Below, piece after piece: positions 39,867 to 52,123 of a stretch of DNA of 64,000 nt (position 1 is its first letter; every line of letters starts with the position of its first letter). The position numbers and the translations under genes were made by a program. Origin of the DNA: the human T2T-CHM13v2.0 reference genome, Homo sapiens. The stretch lies in NCBI RefSeq assembly GCF_009914755.1, contig NC_060932.1. One strand, given 5' to 3'. The notes under the pieces are model-generated. The model searched no databases and was not told the DNA's origin. It saw only the letters and a list, made by a program, of their open reading frames with translations.

Positions 39867-40326
39867 TGTGAGAAACACATTTACCCGTCCAAACCCAAAG
39901 AATGTACTTGGAGACATGAAGAATAGCCAAAGTGAGACTTTTGATGGTGGTCTTGCAAGATTGGGTGTCTGGAAGGCAGGCACACCCAGGGCAGTTACAG
40001 CGGGTAATTTATCTCCTAGCAGGCAAGTCACTCCCCCACTTCCTCATTAGTCCAGTACTGCAGGGTAACAATCTTCCTGGATGTTGCCTAAGTTTCATTA
40101 TCCCCCCTTATGAGGTTATACCCTGGTCCCCTTCCCCACTGAAGTTTCAATTTCCCAATAATGAAACTTTCTTCCCTTCTGTGGGCTGACCACTCCTCTA
40201 TATTCTGTTTACTTAGCGTGACTTTCTAGCTGCATGAGCTGTGTGGCTTGTCACATCTGCAGGCTGGCTGCAGGTACTTAGATTTATCATGCCTTGAAAA
40301 TGGACCATTTAAAATGTTTTCTCACA
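39867..40326 (-). mobile_element. ERV solo LTR (LTR32-like)
   Basis: Terminal inverted TGTGAGAAA...TTTCTCACA, flanking GTAC on both sides, 460 bp. Confidence 0.7.
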
Positions 40327-42060
40327 GTACCAGTATGACGAAACGTGCCTCCCATCCCCACATCTGAGCACAGCCCTTGCACGGATTGAGGGTGAGTCCA
40401 GATATGAAGGCTTGCTGGTAAAGAAATTTCCAGGACGAGATGTCTGCAGCAAGCAGTCCACCCTCCATTAAGAACCTCTGAGGACATCAAGAAAATACAG
40501 AAATGGAGAAACTCTGGTAATTACCATTCTCTCCCTGCCTCCTCCCCCATGCCCCTCCGGCCTACCAACCAGAAAGAAACTGGGCTGAGAAGGGCAAATT
40601 CTCTTACTCGTATTTCATGTGATGTGGAATTTTTCTTTCTTTTTTTCCTTTCTCTCTTTCAACTCTCTTATAAAGACAGAACAGTTCTCTTGTCTAGCAG
40701 GCACCCTCTCTGCCACCACCCTGGTGCCCAATCACGGTGACAAATGACACTTTTGGGAGCCCCTGCTCAAGAGTTTCTGCTCTTAATGAGAAAAGGAAGG
40801 GTGGAGTGGTCCGGGCCTGGAGTTGCGAAGGGTTGTCCTGCAGTCCAGATCCACCAAGCCTTTCTCACCCACCACCCCAGCCTCTGCCAGCTCCATTCCT
40901 TCTGAATACCACGGACAGCCCACCCTGTTTATTCCTGGGGTAAAAGGAGGTTTGAAATCATCTGTGACCAGGGCAGTGGGTATGGGGGGAAACTGGGTGG
41001 CTCAGAGGAGTCGACCTCAGAGTTAAGAGAGAGGAAGGAGTAAGGAAACTAGAGGACCCAAAAAGAGAACACGTGGGAAGAGACACACGGGCGGATGAAT
41101 ATGAAGAGAGGCAGGAACAGGAGAGGAGACAGAGATGGTGGAGAGAAAAGAGCAGTGCGAGAATTTCTGCGCACGTTGCGTGGAATGGGAGGAGCAGGGA
41201 AGCTGACATTGCAGCTCAGTCATCAAAAGGATTTGAGGGCCACAGTCTCTTTTAAATCTTATTCTCAAGGGAGGAAGAAACATACCCTTATTCCCCCTCA
41301 ATTCCCAGCAGATCGCATTCCATTTCCTCTCCTTCGTCTTCCCCGAAAACAGTGAAATTGCTATTTTGCTGTTAGTCAAATGAAGTCTATCTAATTAAAA
41401 ATAGCTTTGTAAGTACGTGTCAAGAGGGGGAAAGTATGGGCCTGCCCGTGTGGGCCTGGGTACAGCCTCCAAACCCACCATGCCTCATTTGGGTAGGAAG
41501 GTCGTTTTTTGTTTCCCCAAGGAAAAATGTCCTTTTTTTTTCTCCCCACTGTTTGCTTTGGCATGAAAGAGAGAGAATTATCTGGATGGAGACTCGGCAG
41601 GGAGTTGCCTTCTATCTGCTTTGCATGCTGTGCTATGTGAATTGATACTGTACTGATCATTTGGAGGAGGGGAGGGGAGTGTGTGGGGAGAGAGCATTCA
41701 GCATTGAGAGCATCTGCAAAAATCACTTTGCTAAGAAATGATCTTTTTCCTCTGCACAATGGCAAGATGTCACCCTCGGAATCTTCTGACAGTGGTGGTG
41801 GTGGCTGACAGTGAGCATAATTTCCCATGTCTCTGTTGGGGTAGTTATTTGTACAATTCTGCACCGAAGTCAAAGCCTTTTATTTATTTTTTATTTTTTT
41901 TTAAACTTTGCCGGTTGCTGCGGTGGCTTTTGCAACAAAATAATTACTTTTGTGCCAAGCACTTAGGTAACAAGATAAACAAGAGGCAACATAAATGGAA
42001 TGTAAATATGGAACAAGTGTCTGTGAAGGGAAAGGCAGCCTAGGGCAAGAAAGAGCTTAG

Positions 42061-42375
42061 GGCTGGGTGCCGTGGCTCACGCCAGTAATGCCAGAGCTTT
42101 GGGAGGCCAAGCTGGGAGGATAGATTGAGCCCAAGAGTTTGAGGCCAGACTGGGCAACATAGTGAGACACATGTCTCTACAAAAAAAACAACAAAAAAAA
42201 TTAGTTAGCTGGGTGTGGAGGCACCTGCCTGTGGTCTCAACGATGTGGGAGGCTGAGGCAGGAGGATAGCTTAGAGCCAGGGAGGTTGAGGCTATGGTGA
42301 GCTGTGATTGCACCACTGCGCTTCATTGTCGGTGATAGAATGAGATCCTGTCCTCCTCAACCCCACCAAAAAAGA
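42061..42375 (+). mobile_element. Alu (AluJ)
   Basis: gagccagggaggttgaggctatggtgagctgtgattg; degenerate TSD aagaaagagctt/aagaaatagctt. Confidence 0.93.
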
Positions 42376-42889
42376 AATAGCTTGCCTTGGTTTTCTGCAT
42401 CTTGTAAATCCCCAGGAACCTGCAGAAGCTTCCTTTCTGTGCCCCTCAGTGGGTCCGTGACTTCCCAGGGAAGGGCCAAAGGCTAGTGCCCAAATCTCAG
42501 GGTGATAGGAGCTTCTCTTTTGTAATACAGTAAGGGTTATTGGTGGGGAGGGTTCGGGAAACAGGATTTGCTTTGTCTTATGGACAAGCTTTATGCAAGG
42601 CATAGTTTGTAAACCCAGAAAGCTGGATCTGGGTTCTGGCTCCGACCCCAATATCTGAGTGACTTTGGGTCAGTCACTTCTTTTCTCCGGACTTCCGCAT
42701 ACTCATTTCTAACATGAAGAGCAGAACTGGGTAAATTCATGGATTACCCACCTATATGTGACTTCTACCCAACATTTCCATGACTGAGTAGACTTTGGAA
42801 TCCACAACTCAGGAGCTAGGAAATGTGGAATCTAAATTCTGAGTCTGAATCTTTACCTGGTCAGGCAGTTGTTATTTGCTAATACCATC

Positions 42890-43347
42890 TGTAGTGGTTG
42901 ACTGGTGACACCTTTATCTAGGTTCCCAAAGATGTGTCCTTTGAGAACCTCATGTGATTGTGTCTCGTTAAAAGGGTCATTAAGTTAAAGGTCTCGAGAT
43001 GAGATTATCCTGGATTAGGGTGACACCTAACTGCAATGACAAGTCTTTATAGGAGCAGTAAAGAAGAAACAGACACAGACACACAGGTTAGAGGCCATGT
43101 GAAGACACAGGATGAGATGGGAGTGATTCGGCCAGAAGCCAAGGAATCCCCGGAGCCACAGAACCAGGAAAAGGCAAGGAAGGGCTCTGCCCTAGAGCTC
43201 TTCCTAGGGCAGAGGGAGGGAGTATGGTCCTGTTAACACTTTGATTTCACATTTCTGGCCTCCAGGACTCAGAGACAATACACTTCTGCAGTTTTAAGCC
43301 ACCCAGTTTGTAGTAATTGGTTACAGCAACCCTAGCAAGCTAATACA
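42890..43347 (+). mobile_element. MLT1C-like solo LTR
   Basis: tgtagtggttg...gcaaccctagcaagctaataca; perfect TSD CCATC. Confidence 0.88.
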
Positions 43348-43466
43348 CCATCAATAAGCCTAGAATGAGCACCCATCCTCTCTGTTGGGTTTCCATCTGT
43401 CTCTTAGATATCAGAAGATGATAACTTGTCTGAGTGGGTCTGACGGGGAAAGAAAAAAAAGGAGAA

Positions 43467-45702
43467 TGTATTAGTCTTTTTTCACACTGCTATGAAGAAA
43501 TACCGAACACTGGGTAATTTATAAAGGAAAGAGTTTTAATTGACTCACAGTTTCACATGGCTGGGGAGGCCTCAGGAAACTTACAATCAATGTGGAAGGT
43601 ACCTCTTCACAGGGTAGCAGGAGAGAGAATGAGTGCCCAGCAAAGGGGGAAGCCCTTATAAAACCTTTAGATCTCGAGAGAACTAACTCACTCTCATGAG
43701 AACAGAATGGGAGAAAATGCCCCATCATCCAACCATCTCCACCTGGTCCCTCCCACAACACTTGGAGATTATGGGAACTACAATTCAGGATGAGATTTGG
43801 GTGGGGACACAGCCAAACCATATCATTCCACCTCTTGCCCCTCCCAAATCTCATGTACTCACAATTCAAAACACAATCATGCCCTTCCAACAGTCCCCCA
43901 GTCTTACTCATTCCATCATTAACGCAAAAGTCCAAGTCCAAAGTTTCATCTCAGACAAGCCAAGTCCCTTCTGTCTATGTGCCTGTAAAATTAAAAGCAA
44001 GTTTGTTATTTCCAAGATACGATGGGGGTACAGACGTTGGGTAAATGTTTCCATTGCAAATTGGAGAAATTGGCCAAAACAAAGGTGCTACAGGCCCCAT
44101 ACGAGCCCAAAATCCAAAAGGGCAGATATTAAACCTTAAAGTTCCAAAATGATCTCCTTTGACTTTATGTCTCACATCCAGGTCATGCTGATGCAAGAGG
44201 TGGGCTCATGGGCCTTGGACAGCTCTGCACCTGTGGCTTTTCAGGGTACAGCCTCCCTCCTGGGTGCTTCCACAGGCTGATGTTGAGTGTCTGCAGGTTT
44301 TGCAGGTGCACAGTGCAAGCTCTCAGTGAATCTACCTTTCTGGGGTCTGGAGGATGGTGACCCTCTTCTCACAGCTCCACTAGGCAGTGCCCCAGTGGGA
44401 ACTCTGTGTACAGGCTCTGACCCCACATTTCCCTTCTACATTGCCCTAGCAGAGGTTCTCCATGAGTGCTCCACCCCTGCAGCAAACTTCTGCCTGGACA
44501 TCCAGGCATTTCCACACATCCTCTAAAATCTAGGCAGAGGTTACCAAACCTCAATTCTTGACTTCTGTGTACTGGCAGGTCCAACACCATGTATAAGCCA
44601 GCAAGGCTTGGGGCTTGCACCCTCTGAAGCAACAGCCTGAGGTGTACCTTGGCCCCTTTTAGCCACAGCTGGAGTGGCTGGAACACAAGACACCAAGTCC
44701 CAAGGATGCACATGGCATGGGGGCTCTGGACCCAGCCCAGGAAACCATTTATTCCTCCTAGGCCTGTGATGGGAGGGGCTGCTATGAAAGTCTCTGACAT
44801 GCCCTGGAGACATTTTCCCCATTGTCTTAGTGATTACACTTGGTTCTTCATTACTTATACAAGTTTCTGCAGCCAATTTGAATTTCTCCCCAGAAAATGG
44901 GGTTTTCTTTTCTATCACATCGTCAGGCTGCAAATTTCCCAAACTTTTATGCTTTGCTTCCTCTTGAATGCCTTGCCACTTAGAAATTTCTTCTGTCAGA
45001 TACTCTAAGTCATATCTCTCAAGTTCAAAGTTCCAGAGATCTCTGGAGCCAGTGCAAAATGGTGCCAGTCTCTTTGCCTACGAAGAGTCACCTTTACTCC
45101 AGTTCCCAACAAGTTCCCCATCTCCATCTGAGACTACCCCAGCATGGATTTCACTGTTCATGTCACTGTGAGCATTTTGGTTGAAGCCATTCAACAAGTC
45201 TCTAGAAGTTCCAAAGTTTCTCACATCTTTCTGTCTTTTTCTGAGCCCTCCAAACTGTTTCAACCTCTGCCTGTTACCAAGTTCCAAAGTCACTTCCACA
45301 TTTTCAGGTATCTTTATAGCAGCACCCCACTCTCTGTGATAGCAGTTTACTGTATTAGTCTGTTCTCATGCTGCTATGAAGAAATACCCAAGACTGAGTA
45401 GTAAAGGAGAGAGGTTTAATTGACTCATAGTTCCACATGGCTGGGGAGGCCCCAGGAAACTTACAATCATGGTAGAAAGCACCTCTTCACAGGATGGCAG
45501 GAGAGAGTATGAGTGCCTAGTGAAGGAGAAAGCCCCTTATAAAACCATCAGATCTTATGAGAACTGTCACGAGAACAGGATGTGGAAAACTGCTCCCATG
45601 ACTCGATGATCTCTACCTGTCCCACCCACCCATGACACGTGGGGATTATGGGAACTACAATTCAAGATGAGATTTGGGTGGGGACAGAGCCAAACCACAT
45701 CA
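43467..45702 (-). mobile_element. Full-length THE1/MST MaLR element (LTR 43467-43825, internal 43826-45350, LTR 45351-45702)
   Basis: Two LTRs in the same orientation, THE1-int-like interior, perfect TSD GAGAA (43462-43466 / 45703-45707). Confidence 0.93.
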
Positions 45703-45978
45703 GAGAAGATATGATTTAGAAGGTGAAGAGGTCTCACACAGTGCTGTGCCTGCCTTGGCAGACATTGCTCAGAAGCATAGCACAAGGAGGGTTCTAGCTA
45801 TAGGAAAGGTGTTCTTGGTCACTTTGAGAGGTGAGACCTTGTGACAAGTTCACTGAATCAGCAGTGAGAAGGCTTGGCTTCTAACCCTCTCTGTTCTAGC
45901 CCTCTCACTTCTTGACCTTGAATAAGTCTCTACCTTTTCGGACTTCAGATTATGTACGATGAATATAAGAGTATTGAT

Positions 45979-46701
45979 CAGTGGCTTTTTAACATATCAT
46001 AGCAAATATTTTGCAATGCCCCATAATTATTCCAAACTGAAATTCAAAAACAAAACAACCTGTCTATACTTACAACTTGCAAAGTATAATGTACTATGAG
46101 TGATATAAAGGAAGAATAAGGAAAAAGTGATTATTATAATGTAAGGTTTTCAATATATACGTGATCAGCATATTTATACTAGAAAGCAATAAGGTAGAAC
46201 TTAAAGGTTGTCACTATATCTCAGGTCATAGTGAAAGAGAAAAAAATGTGGATGGTTCTAGATGGGTTGTATTGATTCAAATAGCACAGACCACACTGCT
46301 ATCAATGACATGATTTTCCCAAACGGTAAACAACTCCTGGTAAACTTCTGAACAACACAGTCTTTCCTTGATTTACAAGGAAGTCATTTCTGGAAAATAC
46401 AGTCTATATTAAAACCATATTTTAAAACATATTATGGTTTTATGTCATGCAATGAAGTTAAGTTCTGGGCCTGGGTAATTATAAGCAGGGTTTTCACCTA
46501 CGGAACATACAGATATCATGTGGGGTGCAGAACAATTCCACCTCGGGAAGACTTCCCCAAATGTTGCAGGGTTTCTAGCCTTCCATCTTACCTTAAATGC
46601 TGGTAATCACCGCCCCCTCTACCAATCATTGTGATAAATGATAATGCCTCCTCAGATTCCCAAACTTACCCCTGGTAAGGCATCAACCCCTTGAGAGCCA
46701 C
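45979..46701. mobile_element. hAT-Charlie non-autonomous element (MER20B-like)
   Basis: Begins cagtggc, ends ttgagagccac; MER20-like 3' portion (gttgcagggtttctagc...ttgtgataa...). Confidence 0.5.
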
Positions 46702-46984
46702 ATTCCTCTAGGGCCCCTTCCAGCCCTAGGCTGAACCCCACATGAACTCATCTTCTCTTGTCAAGACCTATCCTGTCAGTCAAAAAAATATTTATGGTGC
46801 TCCCACTCCTTGCTCTTTGCTATGCTGAGGCTAGAGAAGAGGTGAATTATGTATTTTCTCAAGCAAGGTTTGGGATGATCTGACAGCTTGAACCGAGTTC
46901 CTCTTTCTCCCTGCCGACCTCCCCTCCTTCTTTCCCTCCTTCCATTCTTCCTTCTTTTCAGTTTTTTAAAAAACTTGATTTTAA

Positions 46985-47258
46985 AAAGATTGCATTATTT
47001 TTACTGATGCATAATAATTGTATGTTGTTATGAGGTACATATGATATTTTGAATTATGCATGCAATGTGTAAGGATCACATCAGGGTAATTAGGAGGCTC
47101 ATCACCTCAAACATTTGCTATTTCTTTGTGTTAGAACATTTCAAATCCTCTCTTCTAGTTATTTTGAAATACACAATAAATTATTATTAACTATCGTCAC
47201 CCTACTGTGTTGTCGAACACTAGGACTTATTTCTTCTATTAACTATATGTTTGTACCT
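46985..47258 (-). mobile_element. L1MA-type 3' end
   Basis: catcacctcaaacattt...ttagaacatttcaaatcctctcttctagttattttgaaatacacaataaatt. Confidence 0.85.
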
Positions 47259-48039
47259 CCCCTTCCTCCATCCTTTTTCTTCTTTTGTCTTTTGTTTCTC
47301 TTGCCAAGTGTTTCCTAAACATTAGGCTGGTTAAATAAGAATGACCAGGGATTGGGTTCACATTTAGATTGGTGGCTACTGCTCCCAGAGGCTCAGATTT
47401 GGAAGGTCTATGGTATTCACACAAATGCTGTTCTCAGACACGACACGACAGAAGTGGGCACCTGTTGTCAGCTCATTTTTAGAGGAGGACTCTCTGTTTT
47501 GGAGTCTATATCTGGAGATAATTTCAGCCAGACGTTGCACCTAGAAGATGTCCAAATTATTCACTTGGAAAAATACCAAAGTCAAATAATGCAGCCTTGG
47601 TGCAAGAGCAGTTACAGAAAACTGCTCTCCAGGGAATGAACATCTGGGGCTGGATTTGGAATCAGTTGAGGCTACACGTGTGCTTAACCGGGCAGAACAC
47701 AACAGTGTCCTGATCTCACGCACAGGGCTGTTTGCTTGTGTCAGCTACCAGGTCCCCCACAATAGTGATGTGTCATTTAGTAAGCAACAAAGATCAGTTA
47801 TAGAAGTAAATTATAAATGCTAGTGATTAAAAAGTAACAGATAAGATGCATCCATCACAAATGTGTCTACATGTGGGAGAGATGGTGACATGGACCCACT
47901 TTTAACCAGACAGAAAGATGGAAGAAGGCAGCTTGCGGGGAATGAAGCTTGCCCACAGCGTGCGATTTTGCCAGTGGTAACTGGCTTTTAAGGTACTGCT
48001 GAAGAGATGAGCACAGAAAGGTAGCTGGAGCAGTTGGGA

Positions 48040-48245
48040 GCAATTGAGACTGGCTCACTTGGGTTGGAATCCCAGACTCACTCTTTCCTACAGCCGGGAA
48101 TGTAAGCAAATGGCTCCACCTTTTTCATAAAATGAGAATAATAATATGAACACTCTGAGGCTGCCAGGTGAGCAGTTGGGATGATGCACTTTGGAGACTT
48201 CTGACAGCTCTACAAAGTTGCACATACTCAGTAAATATTAGTTCT
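48040..48245 (+). mobile_element. MIR
   Basis: cttgggttggaatcccagact...aaaatgagaataataat...tactcagtaaatattagtt. Confidence 0.65.
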
Positions 48246-49462
48246 GTCCACCTACCAACTGCACTTCACCAACAAAAGGCCAAGTAATAGGAGAGGAAAT
48301 TACCAAACCAGAAGAGATCAAAATTGCCTGGAAAAATGAGAATAAGGGAGGGTTTCTGAGATCCATTTTGTGCCTGGCCTGGAATTGGACAGTGTGGTCC
48401 TAAAGTCAAGTCAGGCAGAGCCTGGCATTAAGTGGGGGAAACAGAGCTTCTCTAGTCTAAGCTTCTGTCTTGGAAGGAAAGCTTGGGAAGAATTGAGCGA
48501 TGTCTTACAAAGGTGCTTTGCAGACCCAGAGCACCTGAGGTCATCGTTTTTAATTTGCCAGCCTGAAACCCAGTGTGCTCAAAGGCAGAGACTCCCTCAG
48601 GAATCCTCTCTCTGCAGAAGAAGATGGATCAAGAAGGCCTTACGCTTATCCTAGCCACAGCCTTCCAAGAACAAAGGGATCAGTATCAGCAGCCTACATT
48701 GATCAAACCACAAGCACTTATGGAGTTTCTTCTAGGTGCTTTATCTTCCTAGATATAAAGCTGATCATGTCACTTCCTTGCTTAGAGGTGTCCATTGACT
48801 TCCCGTCACCTACAGGACACAGCCTGAGTCTCATAGTCGGTAGGAAAAGCCCTTCCATCTGACCACTTGCCACTGCCTGCCTCCAAATCCCTGGTCCCCA
48901 GATGGCCACAGAGGTGCCACATGCCCACACACCCTACAGTACTGTCAAAACTCCTCGCACCCAGGAGACACCCTGCTTTCTCAAGCCTCTGTATCTTTAG
49001 GTATATTTTTCCTCTGCTTCCATTACTGTCCTTTATTTGTCACGAGGCAGGTCTATATCAAACATTGCCACCTGTGTCATGCCTACTCTAGCAACATCCA
49101 GGAGAGATGGGCCACCGTCTCAACCAGGGATGATTAATTATAGATCCCTCATTCTTTCTTATCTCTTCCCCTACGACTCTCACCATATGCATGTTAGACT
49201 TCCTCATTCTACCTTCATGTCACGAAGTCTTTTCTATTTTTTATCTCTCTGTCTGTCTGTGCTATATTCTGGTATTCTTTAGATCTAGCTCCAGGTTTAT
49301 GATTAAGTGGAATCTGCTATTTATTTTGTTTCTAATTAGGATGGTTTTAATTTTCAGAATTTTTTGGTTCTTCTAGTAAAAATGAGAGGTTGATTTTATT
49401 TTAATAATATCTTGCTTAATAAGTCACACCTACAAACCCCACTTTTATTTGTTTAAACATGT

Positions 49463-50208
49463 TGTTACTGGTTTCCCAGGGCTGCCATAGCAAAATACAA
49501 CAGACTGGATTTAAATATTAGGCGTTTATTTTCTCAGAGTTCTGGAAGCTGGAAGTTCAAGATCAAGGTGGAGGCAGGGTTGGTTTCTCCTGAGTTCTCT
49601 CTCCTCAGCTTGCAGATAGTCTTCTGCTGTCTGTGTCCTTACACAGTCTTTCCTTCATGCACATGCATCCCCTGGGTCTGTGTAACTCTACATTTCCTCT
49701 TCTTATAGAGACACCAGTCAGATTGGATTACAGTCCACCATAACAGCCTCATTTTAAATTGGTCATCTCTTTAAAGATGACTCCAAATACAGTCATATTT
49801 TGGCCAGGTGTGGTAGCTCACGCCTGTAATCCCAGCACTTTGGGAAGCCGAGGTGGGTGGATTACCTGAGGTCAACAGTTTGAGACCAGCCTGCCCAACA
49901 TGGCGAAACCCCATCTCTACTAAAAATACAAAAATTAGCTGGGCATAGTGGCGGGCATCTGTAATCCCAGCTATTCAGAAGGCTGAGGCAGGAGAATCAC
50001 TTGAACCTGGGAGGTGGAAGTTGTAGTGAGCCAAGATGTACCATTGCATTCCAGCCTAGGCGACAAGAGCAAAACTCTGTCTCAAAAAGCAACAACAAAA
50101 ACAAATACAGTCATATTATATTATGACTCCAAATGCAGTCATATTCTGAAGGACTACTGGGTCTGGCTTCAAGATATGAATTTTGGGGGACAGGTTCAGT
50201 TCATAACA
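49463..50208 (-). mobile_element. MLT1A-like LTR interrupted by Alu
   Basis: gttctggaagctggaagttcaagatcaaggtg...gacaccagtcagattggatta...gaattttgggggacaggttcagttcataaca. Confidence 0.85.
49802..50101 (+). mobile_element. Alu (AluS)
   Basis: Full Alu; TSD CAAATACAGTCATATT. Confidence 0.95.
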
Positions 50209-50727
50209 CAATTTAAATTGTATATTTCTGTTTCTTATAACTATGTTCTTCACTTGTGTGACTCTGCATTTGAATGTTTCTGCTGATTCTTGTTGCCTTG
50301 CAAAATGAGTGTTTTTCTGTTGGGAAAGTATGTTCTTTACAACTTACGTATAGCGATTCTTTGTGGCCTGTGTCTAACATACATCCCTCTAGAGAGAATT
50401 TTCCTTTGCTTCTGGGAGGCATCTGGGGTGTTTCTAATTTGTGGCCACTTAATTAAACTTTGAGTTTGGATTTTGTGGGGTTTCTTTGGTGGGGGTGGAG
50501 GGGGTTATAGTGCACAGAGTTTGCATGAATTTCAGCCCTTAACTTGTAGGAGGGCAAGTTGGTAGTTAAAAATTCTCTGAGGAAATTTTATTTTTTGTTC
50601 TAGCCAAGTACAAGGCCAGGAAAGCCCCTAATCCCAACCATTGTTTCTGCTTAGCAAATTTATATTTTTGAAGTTTACCCTCTGTGGCCAATTGATTGAA
50701 TTCAGGGCCCCAGTTCTTCATCCTTAC

Positions 50728-51159
50728 TGAATTAGTTTTCCTGGAACTGCGGCAACAAATTGTCCTAAAGCTGGTGGGTGAAAACAACAGAAATGTATTT
50801 TCTTACAGTTCTGGAGGCTGGGAGTCTGAATCGAGGCACTGGGAGAGCTGTGCTCCCTCCAAAGGCTCAGGGGAGAACGCTTCCTTGCCTCTTCTAGTGG
50901 ATGCCTCTTCTAGTGGCTCTCGGCATCCTTAGGCTTGTGACTTCATCACTTTTATCTCTGCCTCATTTTTTTCCCTATGTATCTCTCTGAATCCTCTTCT
51001 CAGTCATTGGCTTTAGCCTCTCCCTCCCCCAAATCTGGGATAATTTCACCTTGCAATCCCTCACTAATTATATTTGCAAAGATCCTGCTTCCACATAAGT
51101 TTGCGGTCTGAGGTTGCAGGTGGACATGAATTTTGAGGGGTGCTCATCAACCCCTCACA
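50728..51159 (-). mobile_element. MLT1C-like LTR
   Basis: aaacaacagaaatgtattttcttacagttctggaggctgg...gtggacatgaattttgagggg. Confidence 0.8.
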
Positions 51160-51174
51160 CCTTTCCATATACAC

Positions 51175-51593
51175 ACCCTGTGCCCTGAAACTTTGTAGTG
51201 ACCTCCCCGTCTGATGTTCATTCCAGCCATGTGACTTTCTTTAAGCAATAGAATGTCTCTCGCTGTGGTACAAACAGAGACTTGAAGAAGAGCAAGTGCA
51301 TCACTACTTGCTGTTCTTGCCCTCTGCCACTGCCCTGAGAGAGACCTGCCCCAGTTTCAGGCAGAGGCGGAAAGAAACATGGAGCTGAACAGAGTCATCC
51401 CATCATTCCATCCATCAGTGTTCGAGTGGATAGCCAGATGACCTGCACAGGTGCGGGTTAGCCCAGCCATGATCAGCAGAACTACCTGGCTGCCTGGCTA
51501 GATGTGTGAGTAAGGAGCAGCTAGTCTTGCATGTCACTGAGGAGCTGTGGTTGTTTCCCACACAGTAGTGCTGTGGCAATAGATACCTGATAC
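51175..51593 (+). mobile_element. MLT1G/H-like LTR fragment
   Basis: agcccagccatgatcagcagaactacc...gtggcaatagatacctgatac terminus. Confidence 0.65.
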
Positions 51594-51646
51594 CCCTGCT
51601 GATTAGGTGTCTTTTTGAGGGTCCTGGCTTTATGAGGGGTCACCTA

Positions 51647-52123
<477 letters not shown>

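Noticed and set aside
43519-45401. Multiple 70-150 aa ORFs
   Set aside because: All lie within the THE1/MST element; decayed MaLR sequence.
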